A stretch of 64,000 nucleotides of DNA, taken from NCBI GenBank assembly GCA_046261875.1, contig JBHENW010000050.1, positions 2,875-66,874 of the forward strand. Direction: 5' to 3'. Source of the stretch: Thermoanaerobaculia bacterium (GTDB taxonomy: Bacteria; Acidobacteriota; Thermoanaerobaculia; UBA5066; Gp7-AA6). Made by a program: the position numbers and the translations under genes. Of this stretch, positions 31,423 through 40,539 are shown in pieces. The notes beneath the pieces are model-generated. The model did no database searches and was not told the origin of the DNA. It saw nothing but the letters and a program-made list of their open reading frames with translations. Position 1 is the first letter of the stretch. Each line of letters starts with the position of its first letter.

Positions 31423-32220
31423 CTATCGGGGCCGGGCGAAGAGGGACGCTGGCAGGTCCACGTTCCACCGGACGTCCTCGTAGATGATCTCACTGTTGCG
31501 CCGGCCGAGCTTTCCCTTCGCATTCGCGTTGTAGCCCAATCGGCGCATCGGGAGGAGGAGGTCGCCGGTCGGCCGCTCGTCGAGGTATTCCGTGTAGTCG
31601 TACTTGCCCTCGCCGTACTGCAAGTTGTTCGCGAGGAGCCGCCCGGTCCCGGCGTCGAAGAAGTAAACCCAGGTGTGCAGTCCTCCGGCGTCGCCGGCCC
31701 CCCGTTCGTAGGTCACCTTGATCCGATCTGCGGTCGTGCGCCCGAGAGGCACGCGGCCCTCGTATTGGAGGATCGCGCCGCGGTCCGTGAGCTTGAAAGG
31801 CATCCCGAAGACGTAATGCGATCCGAAAGTGTTGTTGCGCGCCGAGTTGCGGTCCTCCTGGGTTTTCCCCGGTAAGCCGTCCACGATCTTCCAGGCGTCA
31901 TTCCCGTCGTTGATCATGACGACGCGCTTTCCCTCCTCTTCCCACTCGATCCGCCCACGGAACTCCGGCCGCAGGACGTACTGGTGCGTCTGGACCCGGT
32001 GCCTCTCGATCTTGCCGTCCGGCCGGTAGCGGGTGACCGTCTTACGGAACTGCACGGTTCTCTTGGAATTCCAGGCCTTCCAACCGCCCACATGCTCGAT
32101 GCTCTTGCGGACGACTTCACCCGCCTGTCCGGTAAGCCGGCTCGCGGCCGGCGCTTCCGAGGCGACGTTGCCGACGGCCAGCAACAGTGTGGTGGCGACG
32201 GCGGACAGATGGAGCGGCAC
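31423..32220 (-). CDS. Hypothetical secreted protein (265 aa)
   Basis: GTG start at 32220 gives the signal peptide MPLHLSAVATTLLLAVGNVASEAPAA. The upstream part of the track ORF overlaps hypE out of frame. Confidence 0.5.
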   Translation of the reverse strand: MPLHLSAVATTLLLAVGNVASEAPAASRLTGQAGEVVRKSIEHVGGWKAWNSKRTVQFRKTVTRYRPDGKIERHRVQTHQYVLRPEFRGRIEWEEEGKRVVMINDGNDAWKIVDGLPGKTQEDRNSARNNTFGSHYVFGMPFKLTDRGAILQYEGRVPLGRTTADRIKVTYERGAGDAGGLHTWVYFFDAGTGRLLANNLQYGEGKYDYTEYLDERPTGDLLLPMRRLGYNANAKGKLGRRNSEIIYEDVRWNVDLPASLFARPR

Positions 32221-32248
32221 GGGGCGGGAGCTTAACTCACGCGCCCGT

Positions 32249-33304
32249 TCAGCAGATTCGCGGCAGGGCTTCTCCGAACGGCAGGTCGAGAATCCGTTCG
32301 CCGCCGATGGGAGTTCGGAGCGTGACGAAGCCCGGATGATCCGCGGTGACGTGGCCGATACGGACCGCCTGGCGTCCGAGCGGATGCTGCCGCATCCTTT
32401 CCAGCACCGCCTCGGCTCCCTCTTCGGGCACGAAAGCGACGAGCTTGCCCTCGTTCGCCACGAGGAGAGGATCGAGGCCGAGGATCTCGCAGGCGCCCCG
32501 CACGGTGTCTCGTACCGGTATCGTCGTCTCGTCGACGGCGATGCCCAGACCGCGGCGCGTCGCGATTTCCACCAGGACCGCCGCGAGGCCCCCGCGCGTG
32601 GGGTCGCGCATCGCATGGATGTCCGGAAACGCGTCCATGAGCGAGAGCGCGAGCTCGTGGAGGGGAGCGGTGTCGCTTTCGATCTGACCCTCGAACTCGA
32701 GGCCCTCCCGCTTCGAGAGGATGGCCACCCCGTGGTCCCCGATCGTTCCCGAAAGCAGGATCGCATCGCCCGGTCGCACCCGCCGCGACGACAGCTCCAC
32801 GGCGGGAGCCAGAACGCCGATCCCGGCGGTGTTGACGAAGACCTTGTCGCCGCTGCCCCGGCCGACGACCTTCGTATCTCCGGTCACGATCTGGACCCCG
32901 GCGCGTTGCGCCGCTTGCGAGGCGGATGCGACGACGCGCTTGAGCTCTTCCAGTGAAAAGCCCTCCTCCAGGATGAAGGCGAGGGAGAGAAAGAGCGGGC
33001 GCGCCCCCCCGACGGCCAGGTCGTTGACCGTTCCGTTGACGGCGAGCTCTCCGATGTCGCCTCCGGGGAAGAAGATCGGCGTCACCACGTAGGAGTCGGT
33101 CGTGAACGCCAGCCGGCAGCCGTTGACCGTGATGACCGCCTGATCGTCCAGAGGCTCCAAAGCGGCATTGCGAAAGGCGGGAAGAATGATCTGCTCGATC
33201 AGCTGGCCGCTGAGCTTCCCGCCGCTCCCGTGTCCCATCAGGATCTCGCCCGTCTCGGCGATGGGGAGCGGGCAGTCGGAAAAGGGCACGACGGTGTCTG
33301 TCAT
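32249..33304 (-). CDS. hypE: Hydrogenase maturation factor HypE (carbamoyl dehydratase)
   Basis: 351 aa. PurM-like fold motifs and the characteristic C-terminal ...PRIC. Confidence 0.9.
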   Translation of the reverse strand: MTDTVVPFSDCPLPIAETGEILMGHGSGGKLSGQLIEQIILPAFRNAALEPLDDQAVITVNGCRLAFTTDSYVVTPIFFPGGDIGELAVNGTVNDLAVGGARPLFLSLAFILEEGFSLEELKRVVASASQAAQRAGVQIVTGDTKVVGRGSGDKVFVNTAGIGVLAPAVELSSRRVRPGDAILLSGTIGDHGVAILSKREGLEFEGQIESDTAPLHELALSLMDAFPDIHAMRDPTRGGLAAVLVEIATRRGLGIAVDETTIPVRDTVRGACEILGLDPLLVANEGKLVAFVPEEGAEAVLERMRQHPLGRQAVRIGHVTADHPGFVTLRTPIGGERILDLPFGEALPRIC

Positions 33305-33331
33305 CCGGCCGGCCGCCCGATCGAGAGTGCT

Positions 33332-33913
33332 CTAAATAACATCGTCCTCGCCCAGGGCGACGTGGAGGAGGTCCCAGAGCAGGTGGAGAAGCACCGTATG
33401 GGTTTCCTGCACGCGGTGGATGGACCAGGCGTTGACCGTGAAGCAGTAATCGCAGGAGTCGGGCATCTGCCCGCCGTCGCGTCCGGAGAAGCCGATCGTC
33501 AGGAGCCTCAGCTCCCGCGCCCGCCGCAGCGCCCGGTTGACGTTGGTGGAAGCCCCGGAGGTCGAGATCCCCAGCGCCATGTCTTCCGGCCGGGCGAGCA
33601 GCTCGAGCTGATCGGTGAAAACGCGGGAAAAGTCGGTGTCGTTGCCGATCGCCGTCAGGGTCGCGGTGTCCACGGTCAGAGCCGCCGCGGGGAGGGCCCG
33701 GCGCTTCTCGATGATGGGGTGCTGGAATTCCACGGCGACGTGCTGCGCGTCACAGGCCGAGCCGCCGTTGCCCATCACCCAGAGGCGTCCCCCGGCACGG
33801 AAGCGCTCCGCCATGGCCCGCACACAGTTCTCGAGCTGCTCCGCGTTCTCTTCGAAGAACCGGACCTTGACCTCGGCGCTTTCACGCGCTTTGCGAAGGA
33901 TGGCTTCTCGCAC
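33332..33913 (-). CDS. SIS-domain phosphoheptose-isomerase-like protein (GmhA/DiaA family) embedded in the hyp cluster
   Basis: [11 protein letters not shown] and [15 protein letters not shown] motifs. Probable GTG start at about 33913 (the track ORF start at 33982 overlaps the hypD end). Confidence 0.7.
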   Translation of the reverse strand: MREAILRKARESAEVKVRFFEENAEQLENCVRAMAERFRAGGRLWVMGNGGSACDAQHVAVEFQHPIIEKRRALPAAALTVDTATLTAIGNDTDFSRVFTDQLELLARPEDMALGISTSGASTNVNRALRRARELRLLTIGFSGRDGGQMPDSCDYCFTVNAWSIHRVQETHTVLLHLLWDLLHVALGEDDVI

Positions 33914-35006
33914 CGGTCCCCAGGTACCTCCCGTATTGATAGTAGGCCGCGCAGCTGCCCTCGGCCGAGACCATGGTCGCACCGAGCGGCGTCTGCGGCG
34001 TGCACTCGCGCCCGAAGGCGGGGCAGTCCGACGGCTTCTTGAGGCCCCGCAGAATCAGGCCGCTGATGCAGAGCGAGGACTCGGCCGTCTCGATCGTGTC
34101 GACCTCGAAGCGCTTCTCCGCGTCATGCTCGGTGTATTCGTACCGGACCTTGTAGCCGGATTTCGGGATGGACCCGACCCCCCGCCACTTGCGGTCGGCG
34201 ATCTCGAAGACCTCGAAGACCAGGTCGCGCGCCGGCTTGTTCCCGTCGCGCGTGACCAGCCGCGAATACTGGTTTTCCACCTCCGCGCGGCCCGCCTCGA
34301 GCTGGCGCACGATCATCAGGATTCCCTCCAGGAGATCGATCGGCTCGAACCCCGTGATCACGATGGGGACCCGGTATCGTGCCGCCAGAGACTCGTACTC
34401 CCGAAAGCCCATGACCGCGCAGACGTGTCCGGGTCCCAGGAATCCCTCGACGCGGTTTCCCGGGGCCTGGAGGATGGCCGCCATGGCCGGCGGGACCAGG
34501 ACATGCGAGACGAGCATCGAAAAGTTGCCGACGCCCTCCCGCTTCGCCCGATAAATCGCCATGGCGTTGGCCGGAGCGGTCGTCTCGAACCCGATGCCGA
34601 AGAAAACGACCCGCCGGGAGGGATTCAGACGGGCGATCTTCACGGCGTCGAGCGGTGAGTAGACGACGCGCACGTCGGCGCCGCGGCTCTTCAGCGTGAG
34701 CAGGTCGCCCCGCGACCCGGGGACCCGGAGCATGTCGCCGAAGGACGTGAAGATCACGTCCGGCAGGGCGGCGATCGCGTGAGCCCGGTCGATCATCTCC
34801 ATGGACGTCACGCAGACGGGACAGCCCGGCCCGTGGACGAGCTCGACGCTCGCGGGCAACATCTGGTCGATTCCGTAACGGATGATCGAGTGGGTCTGGC
34901 CGCCGCAGACTTCCATGAGCACCCAGGGACGGGTCGCGGTCCGGGCGATGCGCGAGGCGAGATGACCGGCGAGCCCCGCGTCGCGGTATTCGTCGAGGTA
35001 TCTCAC
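33882..35006 (-). CDS. hypD: Hydrogenase maturation factor HypD
   Basis: [13 protein letters not shown] and FETTAP motifs and C-terminal CxxC..C cluster ligands. GTG start at 35006 (MRYLDEYRD). Confidence 0.9.
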   Translation of the reverse strand: MRYLDEYRDAGLAGHLASRIARTATRPWVLMEVCGGQTHSIIRYGIDQMLPASVELVHGPGCPVCVTSMEMIDRAHAIAALPDVIFTSFGDMLRVPGSRGDLLTLKSRGADVRVVYSPLDAVKIARLNPSRRVVFFGIGFETTAPANAMAIYRAKREGVGNFSMLVSHVLVPPAMAAILQAPGNRVEGFLGPGHVCAVMGFREYESLAARYRVPIVITGFEPIDLLEGILMIVRQLEAGRAEVENQYSRLVTRDGNKPARDLVFEVFEIADRKWRGVGSIPKSGYKVRYEYTEHDAEKRFEVDTIETAESSLCISGLILRGLKKPSDCPAFGRECTPQTPLGATMVSAEGSCAAYYQYGRYLGTGARSHPSQSA

Positions 35007-35278
35007 GACGGTCTCGTCTCCGGATTCTCGTCCAGGTCCGCGGTCAGCTCGCCGAGCTGACCTATTTCTTCCAGGATCCGCAGGGACTCCGCGGCCTGTT
35101 CGGGATCGATCTTGGAGATCGCGAAACCGACGTGCACGGCCACGTACTCGCCGGGGACCGCGTCGGGCACGTACGCGAGGCAGACGTCGCGCGTGATGCC
35201 CCCGAAACGCACGCGGCCGAACTTCAGACCCTTCTCGTCGCGGATCTCGAGGATTTCTCCCGGTATCGCCAGGCACAT
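35003..35278 (-). CDS. hypC: Hydrogenase assembly chaperone HypC/HupF
   Basis: 91 aa beginning [12 protein letters not shown] (essential Cys2). Confidence 0.85.
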   Translation of the reverse strand: MCLAIPGEILEIRDEKGLKFGRVRFGGITRDVCLAYVPDAVPGEYVAVHVGFAISKIDPEQAAESLRILEEIGQLGELTADLDENPETRPS

Positions 35279-35280
35279 GG

Positions 35281-37578
35281 TCAGCTCTCCCGTATCCGCC
35301 AGGCGGCTACGGCGGCCTGGCCGAGCGACAGCCCGCCGTCGTTGGGCGGGACCTGCCGGTGTAACAGGACCTCGAAGGCGTCTGTCTCGAGCAGCGTCGC
35401 GCAAAGCTCGGTGAGGCGCCGGTTCTGAAAGCAGCCGCCCGACAGGGCGACGACGCGGACCCCGGTCTCCTCCCGCGCGCGGGAACATCCCTCCCGGACC
35501 GCGGCGGCGAGGGTCGCGTGGAAGCGGGCCGAGATCTCCGCCGTCTCCGCCTTCGAACGGAGTTGCGCGGCGATCTCGCGGACGCAAGGACGCAGGTCGA
35601 CCTCGAACGGCGCCGGGCGATCTCCTCGGATGACGAAGGCGAAAGGCCGGGCGGCGTCCGAACCGGCGGCGGCCTCCAGCTCGATCGCCGCCTGGCCTTC
35701 GTAGGTGACGTGATCCCGGACGGCGCAGAGCGCCGCGACCGCGTCGAACCACCGCCCCGCCCCCGTGCTATCCGGCGAAGCGACCCTCTTCTCGATCAGG
35801 TGCGCGACGCCGGCCAGGCGCGGGCCGATCCGGCCGAGCAGGTCGAGCGGCTCTCCCGCGTCCCGCAGGACGGCCGCGGCGAGGCGCCAGGGCTCCCGGA
35901 TCGCCGCCTCCCCCCCGGGCAAGGCGACCGGCCGCAGATGGCCAATCCGGCGAAAGCCAGAAAAGTCAGCGAGCAGAAACTCACCGCCCCAGAGCTCGCC
36001 GCGCGGGCCGCAACCCGTTCCGTCGAACGCGACACCGATCGCGCGGTCCGTCCGGCCGTTGTCGGCCAGGCAGGAAGCGATGTGCGCATGGTGGTGCTGG
36101 ACCGGGATCCGCGGAAGCCCGCTCCGCAGCGCGAATCGCGTCGAGGCGTAGTCCGGGTGGAGATCGTGCGCGAGCGTGCGGGGGTTGGTTCCCAGCAGCT
36201 GCGAGAGCTTGACGCCGACCTCGCGGAAGAAGGAAAACGCCTGCAGGTTATCGAGGTCCCCCACGTGCGGAGACAGAAACGCCTCGCTCCCGCGCGTCAG
36301 GCAAACGGTGTTTTTCAGCTGGGCTCCCAACGCGAGGACCGGGGGAGCCTCGAACGGCAAGCGGATCGGGATGGGAACGAAGCCGCGCGAGCGGCGGACC
36401 GGCTGGGCGAACCCCGCGAGGATCCGCACGACCGAGTCGTCTGCCCGGGTATGTATCTCCCGGTCGTGGAGAAGAAAGGCGTCCGCGATGCCTGCCAGAC
36501 GCTCCAGAGCCTCCTCCTCGGTGCGCGCGATGGGCTCCTCCGAGCGGTTTCCGCTCGTCATGACGAGCAGGAGCGGGCCGCTCGCCAGGATCAGATGGTG
36601 GAGCGGCGCGTAAGGGAGCATGATCCCGTACTCGTTCAGCCTCGGCGCGACGGAAGGAGCGAGGGAGGTCCTCACCGGCATCAGCACGATCGGACGCTGC
36701 GGCGAGAGCAGAGCCTCGCGGGCGGCCGGACCGACCTCGCAGATCGCCTCGATTTCGTCGAGCGTTCCGGCCATGAGCGCGAACGGCTTGTCGGGACGGC
36801 CCTTGCGTTCCCGCAGCCGCCGCAGGGTCCGCTCGTTCGAGGCGTCCGCGGCGAGGTGGAAGCCCCCGATGCCCTTGATGGCGACGATCTGCCCCGCCCG
36901 AAGCCGATCAGCCGCCGCCAGGAGCGCGTCTTCGCGAAGGAGGGGCGCGCAACCGGGCGCCACGAGCTCCAGACGCGGGCCGCACCCGGCGCACGCGTTG
37001 GGCTCGGCGTGAAACCGCCGGCTCGCCGGGTTCTCGTATTCCCTGCGGCAGGGATCGCACAGGGTGAACCGGGCCATGGTCGTCCGTTTCCGGTCGTAAG
37101 GCACGTCGCGGACGATCGTGTACCGGGGACCGCAGTCCGTGCAGTTGATGAACGGATAGCGGTACCGCCGATCCGCGGAATCGAAGAGCTCTTTCAGGCA
37201 CGCGGCGCAGGTGGCGGCGTCGGCCGGGATGCTCGTGGCGGCGGACGTGGCTTCGCCGCTCGCCACCACGCGAAATGCAGTCTCCCCGAGGGGCGCCAGC
37301 TCGGACATCTCCACGGCGTCGATTCGCGCCAGCGGCGGAGCACCGGCGCGCAGCAGGGCGGCGAAGCCGCTCACCGTTTCCAGGGGCCCCTCCAGCTCGA
37401 TCCAGACCCCTTGCGAGTCGTTGCGGACGATGCCGGCAAGGCCCGCTTGCCGCGCCAATCGAAACACGGCGGGACGGAACCCCACCCCCTGCACGGTTCC
37501 GCGGACGCGCAGGCCGCGCCGGACGGCGGGGCTTGCGGCGGGCGCCTCCGCAGACCGGGTCGCGCTCATGACGTCCAT
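35281..37578 (-). CDS. hypF: Carbamoyltransferase HypF
   Basis: 765 aa. Acylphosphatase domain ([14 protein letters not shown]), two Zn-finger CxxC pairs (CAACLKE...CTDCGPRYT), YrdC and Kae1-like domains. Confidence 0.9.
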   Translation of the reverse strand: MDVMSATRSAEAPAASPAVRRGLRVRGTVQGVGFRPAVFRLARQAGLAGIVRNDSQGVWIELEGPLETVSGFAALLRAGAPPLARIDAVEMSELAPLGETAFRVVASGEATSAATSIPADAATCAACLKELFDSADRRYRYPFINCTDCGPRYTIVRDVPYDRKRTTMARFTLCDPCRREYENPASRRFHAEPNACAGCGPRLELVAPGCAPLLREDALLAAADRLRAGQIVAIKGIGGFHLAADASNERTLRRLRERKGRPDKPFALMAGTLDEIEAICEVGPAAREALLSPQRPIVLMPVRTSLAPSVAPRLNEYGIMLPYAPLHHLILASGPLLLVMTSGNRSEEPIARTEEEALERLAGIADAFLLHDREIHTRADDSVVRILAGFAQPVRRSRGFVPIPIRLPFEAPPVLALGAQLKNTVCLTRGSEAFLSPHVGDLDNLQAFSFFREVGVKLSQLLGTNPRTLAHDLHPDYASTRFALRSGLPRIPVQHHHAHIASCLADNGRTDRAIGVAFDGTGCGPRGELWGGEFLLADFSGFRRIGHLRPVALPGGEAAIREPWRLAAAVLRDAGEPLDLLGRIGPRLAGVAHLIEKRVASPDSTGAGRWFDAVAALCAVRDHVTYEGQAAIELEAAAGSDAARPFAFVIRGDRPAPFEVDLRPCVREIAAQLRSKAETAEISARFHATLAAAVREGCSRAREETGVRVVALSGGCFQNRRLTELCATLLETDAFEVLLHRQVPPNDGGLSLGQAAVAAWRIRES

Positions 37579-38333
37579 GCGTTCGCGACCGCTCCGATCG
37601 CGACCACGGCGGGCGACCCGGGGGCGTAATCGAGGAGGGCCTTTCCGGCTCGCTCCGATTGGAGCACCGCTTCGTCGAAGGGGACCCAGCCGGCGATGGG
37701 GATCCCGCGCGCCTCACAGAACTCACGGACCGCGATCTCGTCCTCGGCCGTTCGCGCCTTGTTCGCAACGGCCTCGACCCTCGGGATGCCGAGCTCGCGG
37801 CCGAGCTCGACCGCGCGCGCGCCCGTCTCCAGCGCCCGGAAGTACGGCTCCATGACCACCACGAGCGCATCGACGTGCCGCGGCGTCCCGCGGCTGAAGT
37901 TCTCGAGCCCCGCCTCCATGTCCGCGACGACGGGGCCCGTGGAGGCGCCGACGAGCTGGGCGAGCAGGCTACGCACGGTAGCGTGGTTGCGGCACATTCA
38001 ACCGGTCCCCGCGTGCCCCACGCGGCCCAGGATCAGGAGCCGGACGCCGTCCGGCGCCTCGACTCCGTAGCGCTCCGCGATCTCTTCCGGGGAGGCCACC
38101 AGCATCAGCTTTTCTTCGCCGTCGATGTCTTTGCGGCGCTCCATCACGTCGCGGGGCACGGTGGGGAGGCGCATCGCGTCCGACGGCGAGAGCCCCAGCG
38201 CGACCGCCAGGTTCGGGTTGGAATCGCCGTCCACCGCGAGAGCTCTCCCCTCGCGTCTCCCGAGCAGGCGGGTGAGGGTCGCCGCGATCGTCGTCTTCCC
38301 GACGCCACCCTTCCCGCCGATGGCGATCCTCAC
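37566..38333 (-). CDS. CooC-like MinD/ParA-family Ni-insertion ATPase interrupted by one in-frame TGA (37998-38000) at the conserved C-x-C motif; selenocysteine candidate or nonsense pseudogene
   Basis: The 111-aa ORF (MRIAIGGKGGVGKTTIAATL...ILGRVGHAGTG*) and the 143-aa ORF (MCRNHATVRSLLAQLV...) are in the same frame, separated only by TGA. They total 255 aa. Confidence 0.6.
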
Positions 38334-38638
38334 CTGTTCCTCCGATCGTCAACCCTCGGCTCGCCCGCGGATCCCGGCTCGTGCTCGTGATCCTGCTGGC
38401 AGGAGAACCCGCATTCCCCGTGTCCCTCCGCCAGCATCTCCCGGAAGTTGTCGACGAATCGCCGGCGGGCCTCGGGGAGACCGGACTCGGTCAGAGCGTA
38501 TCGTTCCTCGGGCCGCCGCTCGACGGCGCCCAGCGCTTCCAGAGTCTGAAGCGTCGCCGCGATCTCCGGCTCGGGATAGACCAGAAACCCGGCGAGGTCG
38601 CGGGCGGAAAGCTGCTCGCCAAAACCCTGTCCCCGCAT
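38330..38638 (-). CDS. Small hypothetical protein (about 102 aa) with wHTH-like N-terminus and Cys/His/Glu-rich C-terminal tail (HGECGFSCQQDHEHE); possible metal-binding accessory protein
   Basis: Internal ATG at 38638 (MRGQGFGEQLSARDLAGFLVYPEPEIAATLQTLEALGAVER...). Position between the Rieske gene and the CooC-like gene. Confidence 0.4.
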   Translation of the reverse strand: MRGQGFGEQLSARDLAGFLVYPEPEIAATLQTLEALGAVERRPEERYALTESGLPEARRRFVDNFREMLAEGHGECGFSCQQDHEHEPGSAGEPRVDDRRNR

Positions 38639-38712
38639 CCAGAAGAGAAGCTCCAGGACCTCGTCCCGGCGCGCGACCTCCCGGACCGCCTCCCCGTCGG
38701 GCGTGGGCCGGC

Positions 38713-39489
38713 TCACAGCCCCACCAGCACGGCCGTGGCGTCGAGGCGGACCGGAAGGAGCTCGAGCGAAAGCTCGGGGCGATCCACGCAATGGCCGTCG
38801 GAGAGATCGAAGCGGTGTCCGTGACAGGGGCACGTGATCACGCGACCCTCGCGGCGCCATCCTTCGGGAGCCATCCCTCCCGACGGGCAGCGATCCCGGA
38901 ACGCGTACACCTCGCCTCCGACGTCGCAGGCGAGCACGGAGTCGTCGAACATCTGGATCCTGCGAAGCTCTTCGTCCTCGAGCTCGAAGCGGTGCACGAG
39001 CGGAAGCCAGTTCCGCCGTTTTTCGGCGTAGGCCATGTTGACCGATGACGTCACGATGACGGCGTGATCCGGCAGATCGTCTTTCAGGGACTTCTCGACC
39101 TCGGAAGCCAGAGTCTCGAGCGAGACCGCGGGGTCGAGCGGTCGGACCAGGTGGATTCGCACGGACCCGGGGGTCACTTCCATCAGCTGCGCGGCCGTTC
39201 GGTCTTTCTCGAGGAGCGGCCGGAGCCGTTCGAGCGCCGATCCGACCTGCCGGGCGACGTCGGTTTCGATGAGCCCATAGCCCTCGAGGATTCCCGCCAC
39301 CACGGGATCCCGGCGGAGCTTCTCGACAAGGCCCGGGTCGGACGCGCCGGCGATCGCGAGGGTGCGCGCGAACGCGTCGCGGTGCAGATCGAGAACGGCC
39401 CCGAGCGCTTCGACGATCCGATTCCGGCCGTCGTCGTAGGAGTACATCTCGAGCACTCGAAGAAGCTCCTCCAGCTTGTCATCGCCCAT
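38713..39489 (-). CDS. Hydrogenase-associated Rieske-type [2Fe-2S] protein (N-terminal helical domain plus C-terminal CxH...CxxH)
   Basis: C-terminus DRCPSGGMAPEGWRREGRVITCPCHGHRFDLSDGHC. Recalled resemblance to HucE/HhyE proteins of actinobacterial high-affinity hydrogenases. Confidence 0.6.
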   Translation of the reverse strand: MGDDKLEELLRVLEMYSYDDGRNRIVEALGAVLDLHRDAFARTLAIAGASDPGLVEKLRRDPVVAGILEGYGLIETDVARQVGSALERLRPLLEKDRTAAQLMEVTPGSVRIHLVRPLDPAVSLETLASEVEKSLKDDLPDHAVIVTSSVNMAYAEKRRNWLPLVHRFELEDEELRRIQMFDDSVLACDVGGEVYAFRDRCPSGGMAPEGWRREGRVITCPCHGHRFDLSDGHCVDRPELSLELLPVRLDATAVLVGL

Positions 39490-39970
39490 GTTCGGCCGCC
39501 AGGACTTCGCGCACCCGAATGGCCGCCTCGTTCACCGCAGCCCGGACCGGCGGGGAGAGGGTGAGATCCAGTTCACAGCTCTGGGGTTCACATCCCACGA
39601 TCGTCACATCGTCGGGAAGATAGCCGAGCGTCCGGGCGACTTTCATGGCCCGCGTCGGTTCCGCGAAGTGCGGATCGATCCCGGGCTCGGAAGCGGGGGC
39701 GAGATCCGCCTGGCTCGGGTGGAACACGTAGAGGGTTCCCGGCGGCTGCCCGCGGCGCACCGCGTCCACGATGACGAGCCGGCCGCAGCCGTTCATCAAT
39801 CCGAACACGAGCTCCATTCCGCCGATGCCGACTTCGAGGAGCTCCGCTCCCGGAGGAAGCGGATCCTCGGCGAGCCTCCGAACGACTTCCACCCCGAACC
39901 CGTCATCGCCCAGGAGGAGGTTTCCGAACCCGGCCACGACCGCCCGCCCGGATGTCACGACGGCAGCCAT
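39479..39970 (-). CDS. Hydrogenase maturation endopeptidase (HupD/HybD/HyaD family)
   Basis: 163 aa. GFGNLLLGDDGFGVEVVRRL and the GMELVFGL...HF region. Confidence 0.85.
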   Translation of the reverse strand: MAAVVTSGRAVVAGFGNLLLGDDGFGVEVVRRLAEDPLPPGAELLEVGIGGMELVFGLMNGCGRLVIVDAVRRGQPPGTLYVFHPSQADLAPASEPGIDPHFAEPTRAMKVARTLGYLPDDVTIVGCEPQSCELDLTLSPPVRAAVNEAAIRVREVLAAEHGR

Positions 39971-40539
39971 CCGGCGATGGCGCGGCGGATCTCCTCGATC
40001 ACGCGGGGCACCGCCCGCTCGACGACGGGAGAGAGCTCCTCTCCCCAGTCGTCATCCAGGGCCTCGACTTCGATGACGACCACGTCCTGCGGCAGCTTGT
40101 CGAAGTAGGTGGCGATGATGAGGATGTTGTCGAGGCTGATGACGCCGGTCACGGCCTCGGCGACGCGCGCCTGGATCTCGTCTGCATCGGGAAGCGTACG
40201 GCGCCACGGGTAACGCAGGACGTCTCCCGGGGGGCGGCCCCGCTTGACGGCTCCCACGAGAACGATCCGGTCGTACGGGGGGCGGGCGTCGAGATTGTGC
40301 ATGACGCCCACCGGTCCATAGCTCAAATCCTCGAACTCGACCCCGTCCGGCCAGCTCTCCCGTGCGAGGCGCTCGATGAGAAGCGGGCCGAAGGAAAGGT
40401 CCCGCAGGAGGCGGTAGCCCACCCCGCCCACCAGAAGGCGTGGACCTCTCGAGGATTCGAGCTCTGTGGTCAGGCCGGAAGCGTCCGGATCGGGGCCGGT
40501 GAGCTTCCGCGAGCTCTCAATCGTCGGTCCCGCAGGCAC
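39955..40539 (-). CDS. Second, divergent hydrogenase maturation protease-like paralog
   Basis: LLVGGVGYRLLRDLSFGPLLIERL...GPVGVMHNLDA pattern. Overlaps the large-subunit 3' end and the hupD-like start. Confidence 0.6.
   Translation of the reverse strand: MPAGPTIESSRKLTGPDPDASGLTTELESSRGPRLLVGGVGYRLLRDLSFGPLLIERLARESWPDGVEFEDLSYGPVGVMHNLDARPPYDRIVLVGAVKRGRPPGDVLRYPWRRTLPDADEIQARVAEAVTGVISLDNILIIATYFDKLPQDVVVIEVEALDDDWGEELSPVVERAVPRVIEEIRRAIAGWLPS

Noticed and set aside
33332-33982. Full-length 216-aa SIS ORF starting at 33982
   Set aside because: The first about 23 codons overlap the hypD 3' end and are Arg/Pro-rich. GmhA homologs start near the [10 protein letters not shown] segment, so a GTG at about 33913 is preferred.
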